NCBI GenBank assembly: GCA_964106915.2
Contig: OZ066914.1
Reading direction: 5' to 3' (one strand)
Length of the DNA stretch: 64,000 bases
Source of the DNA: Podarcis gaigeae
Lineage: Eukaryota
The position numbers were made by a program, and so were the translations under genes. Positions 63,491 to 64,000 of the stretch are shown here, piece after piece. Position 1 is the first letter of the stretch. Each line of letters starts with the position of its first letter. Under the pieces are notes generated by a model. That model did no database searches. It saw only the letters and a program-made list of their open reading frames with translations, and had not been told where the DNA came from.

Positions 63491-64000
63491 TTTTTTATTA
63501 TAAATTATTTGACAGTCTTATATTTCAGAGGGCATGTGGATGAATTATCTAATAGGTGCACTATGGCACAATCCACACAAAATTATCTCAAGTGAAGTGC
63601 CAGCTGGAGAGCACAGTGCATTTTTCCATGGGTGAAACATTGTGGTTTGAGTGCTAGATGAGCATAATTTCCCTGCTACTGAAAGAGGAGGTTTGCTTTG
63701 GCCACAACAAGTGAGTAAGGGCTGTGAATTTATTGCACTCAAAATTATCCTTGAGGAAACTAAAACGCTACCACATATTTTCCTGCTACAAAGTAACAGA
63801 GTTTGGGTTCTACAAGAGAGGGAAAACCATTGGATTTTTTAAAAATTCCTTGGAGATGATTCAGGAACACTCAGAGAGCCATTTTACTCGGCCACTGAAT
63901 TTGAGCCCGATTCTACTCCCCTTCTGCAGTCTCAGTTCTTGCAGTCCCAATTGGCATCCCTTGTAGACTTGGTTAACAAATGCCCACTTTTTGGGTACCG

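Noticed and set aside
59700-64000. KCNQ1 terminal exons expected by synteny
   Set aside because: No KCNQ1-like coding sequence recognised; mostly MITE and CR1 remnants.

Overview
Vertebrate genomic DNA, very probably from a squamate and most likely a lacertid lizard (inferred from the Sauria-SINE, BovB, CR1 and MITE content). There are two protein-coding genes in the divergent arrangement known from human 11p15.5. (1) A complete CDKN1C (p57Kip2) on +, with CDS join(50708..51302,51823..51944) giving 238 aa, a 3'UTR-only last exon (52504..~53290) and a CpG-island promoter. (2) The 5' half of SLC22A18 on -, with four coding exons at 25466-25284, 23883-23786, 22608-22463 and 21746-21614, all GT-AG and phase-consistent. 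It also has a probable TATA+Inr non-coding first exon at 31879-31787. I could not find further SLC22A18 exons, which probably lie left of the window. The rest is intronic or intergenic DNA dense in transposable elements: a decayed Gypsy element with both LTRs interrupted, a clean solo LTR, Sauria and other tRNA-derived SINEs, BovB/RTE/L1/L2/CR1 fragments, and hAT and TA-target MITEs. I see no convincing wholly new biological system. The best leads are regulatory: an orphan CpG island 3' of CDKN1C, a perfect p53-family element and a co-oriented CTCF-like pair in the SLC22A18 intron, a uORF-loaded SLC22A18 leader, a TD-type PIP degron in p57, and a microRNA-site cluster in the p57 3'UTR. All calls were made by eye; no searches were run.
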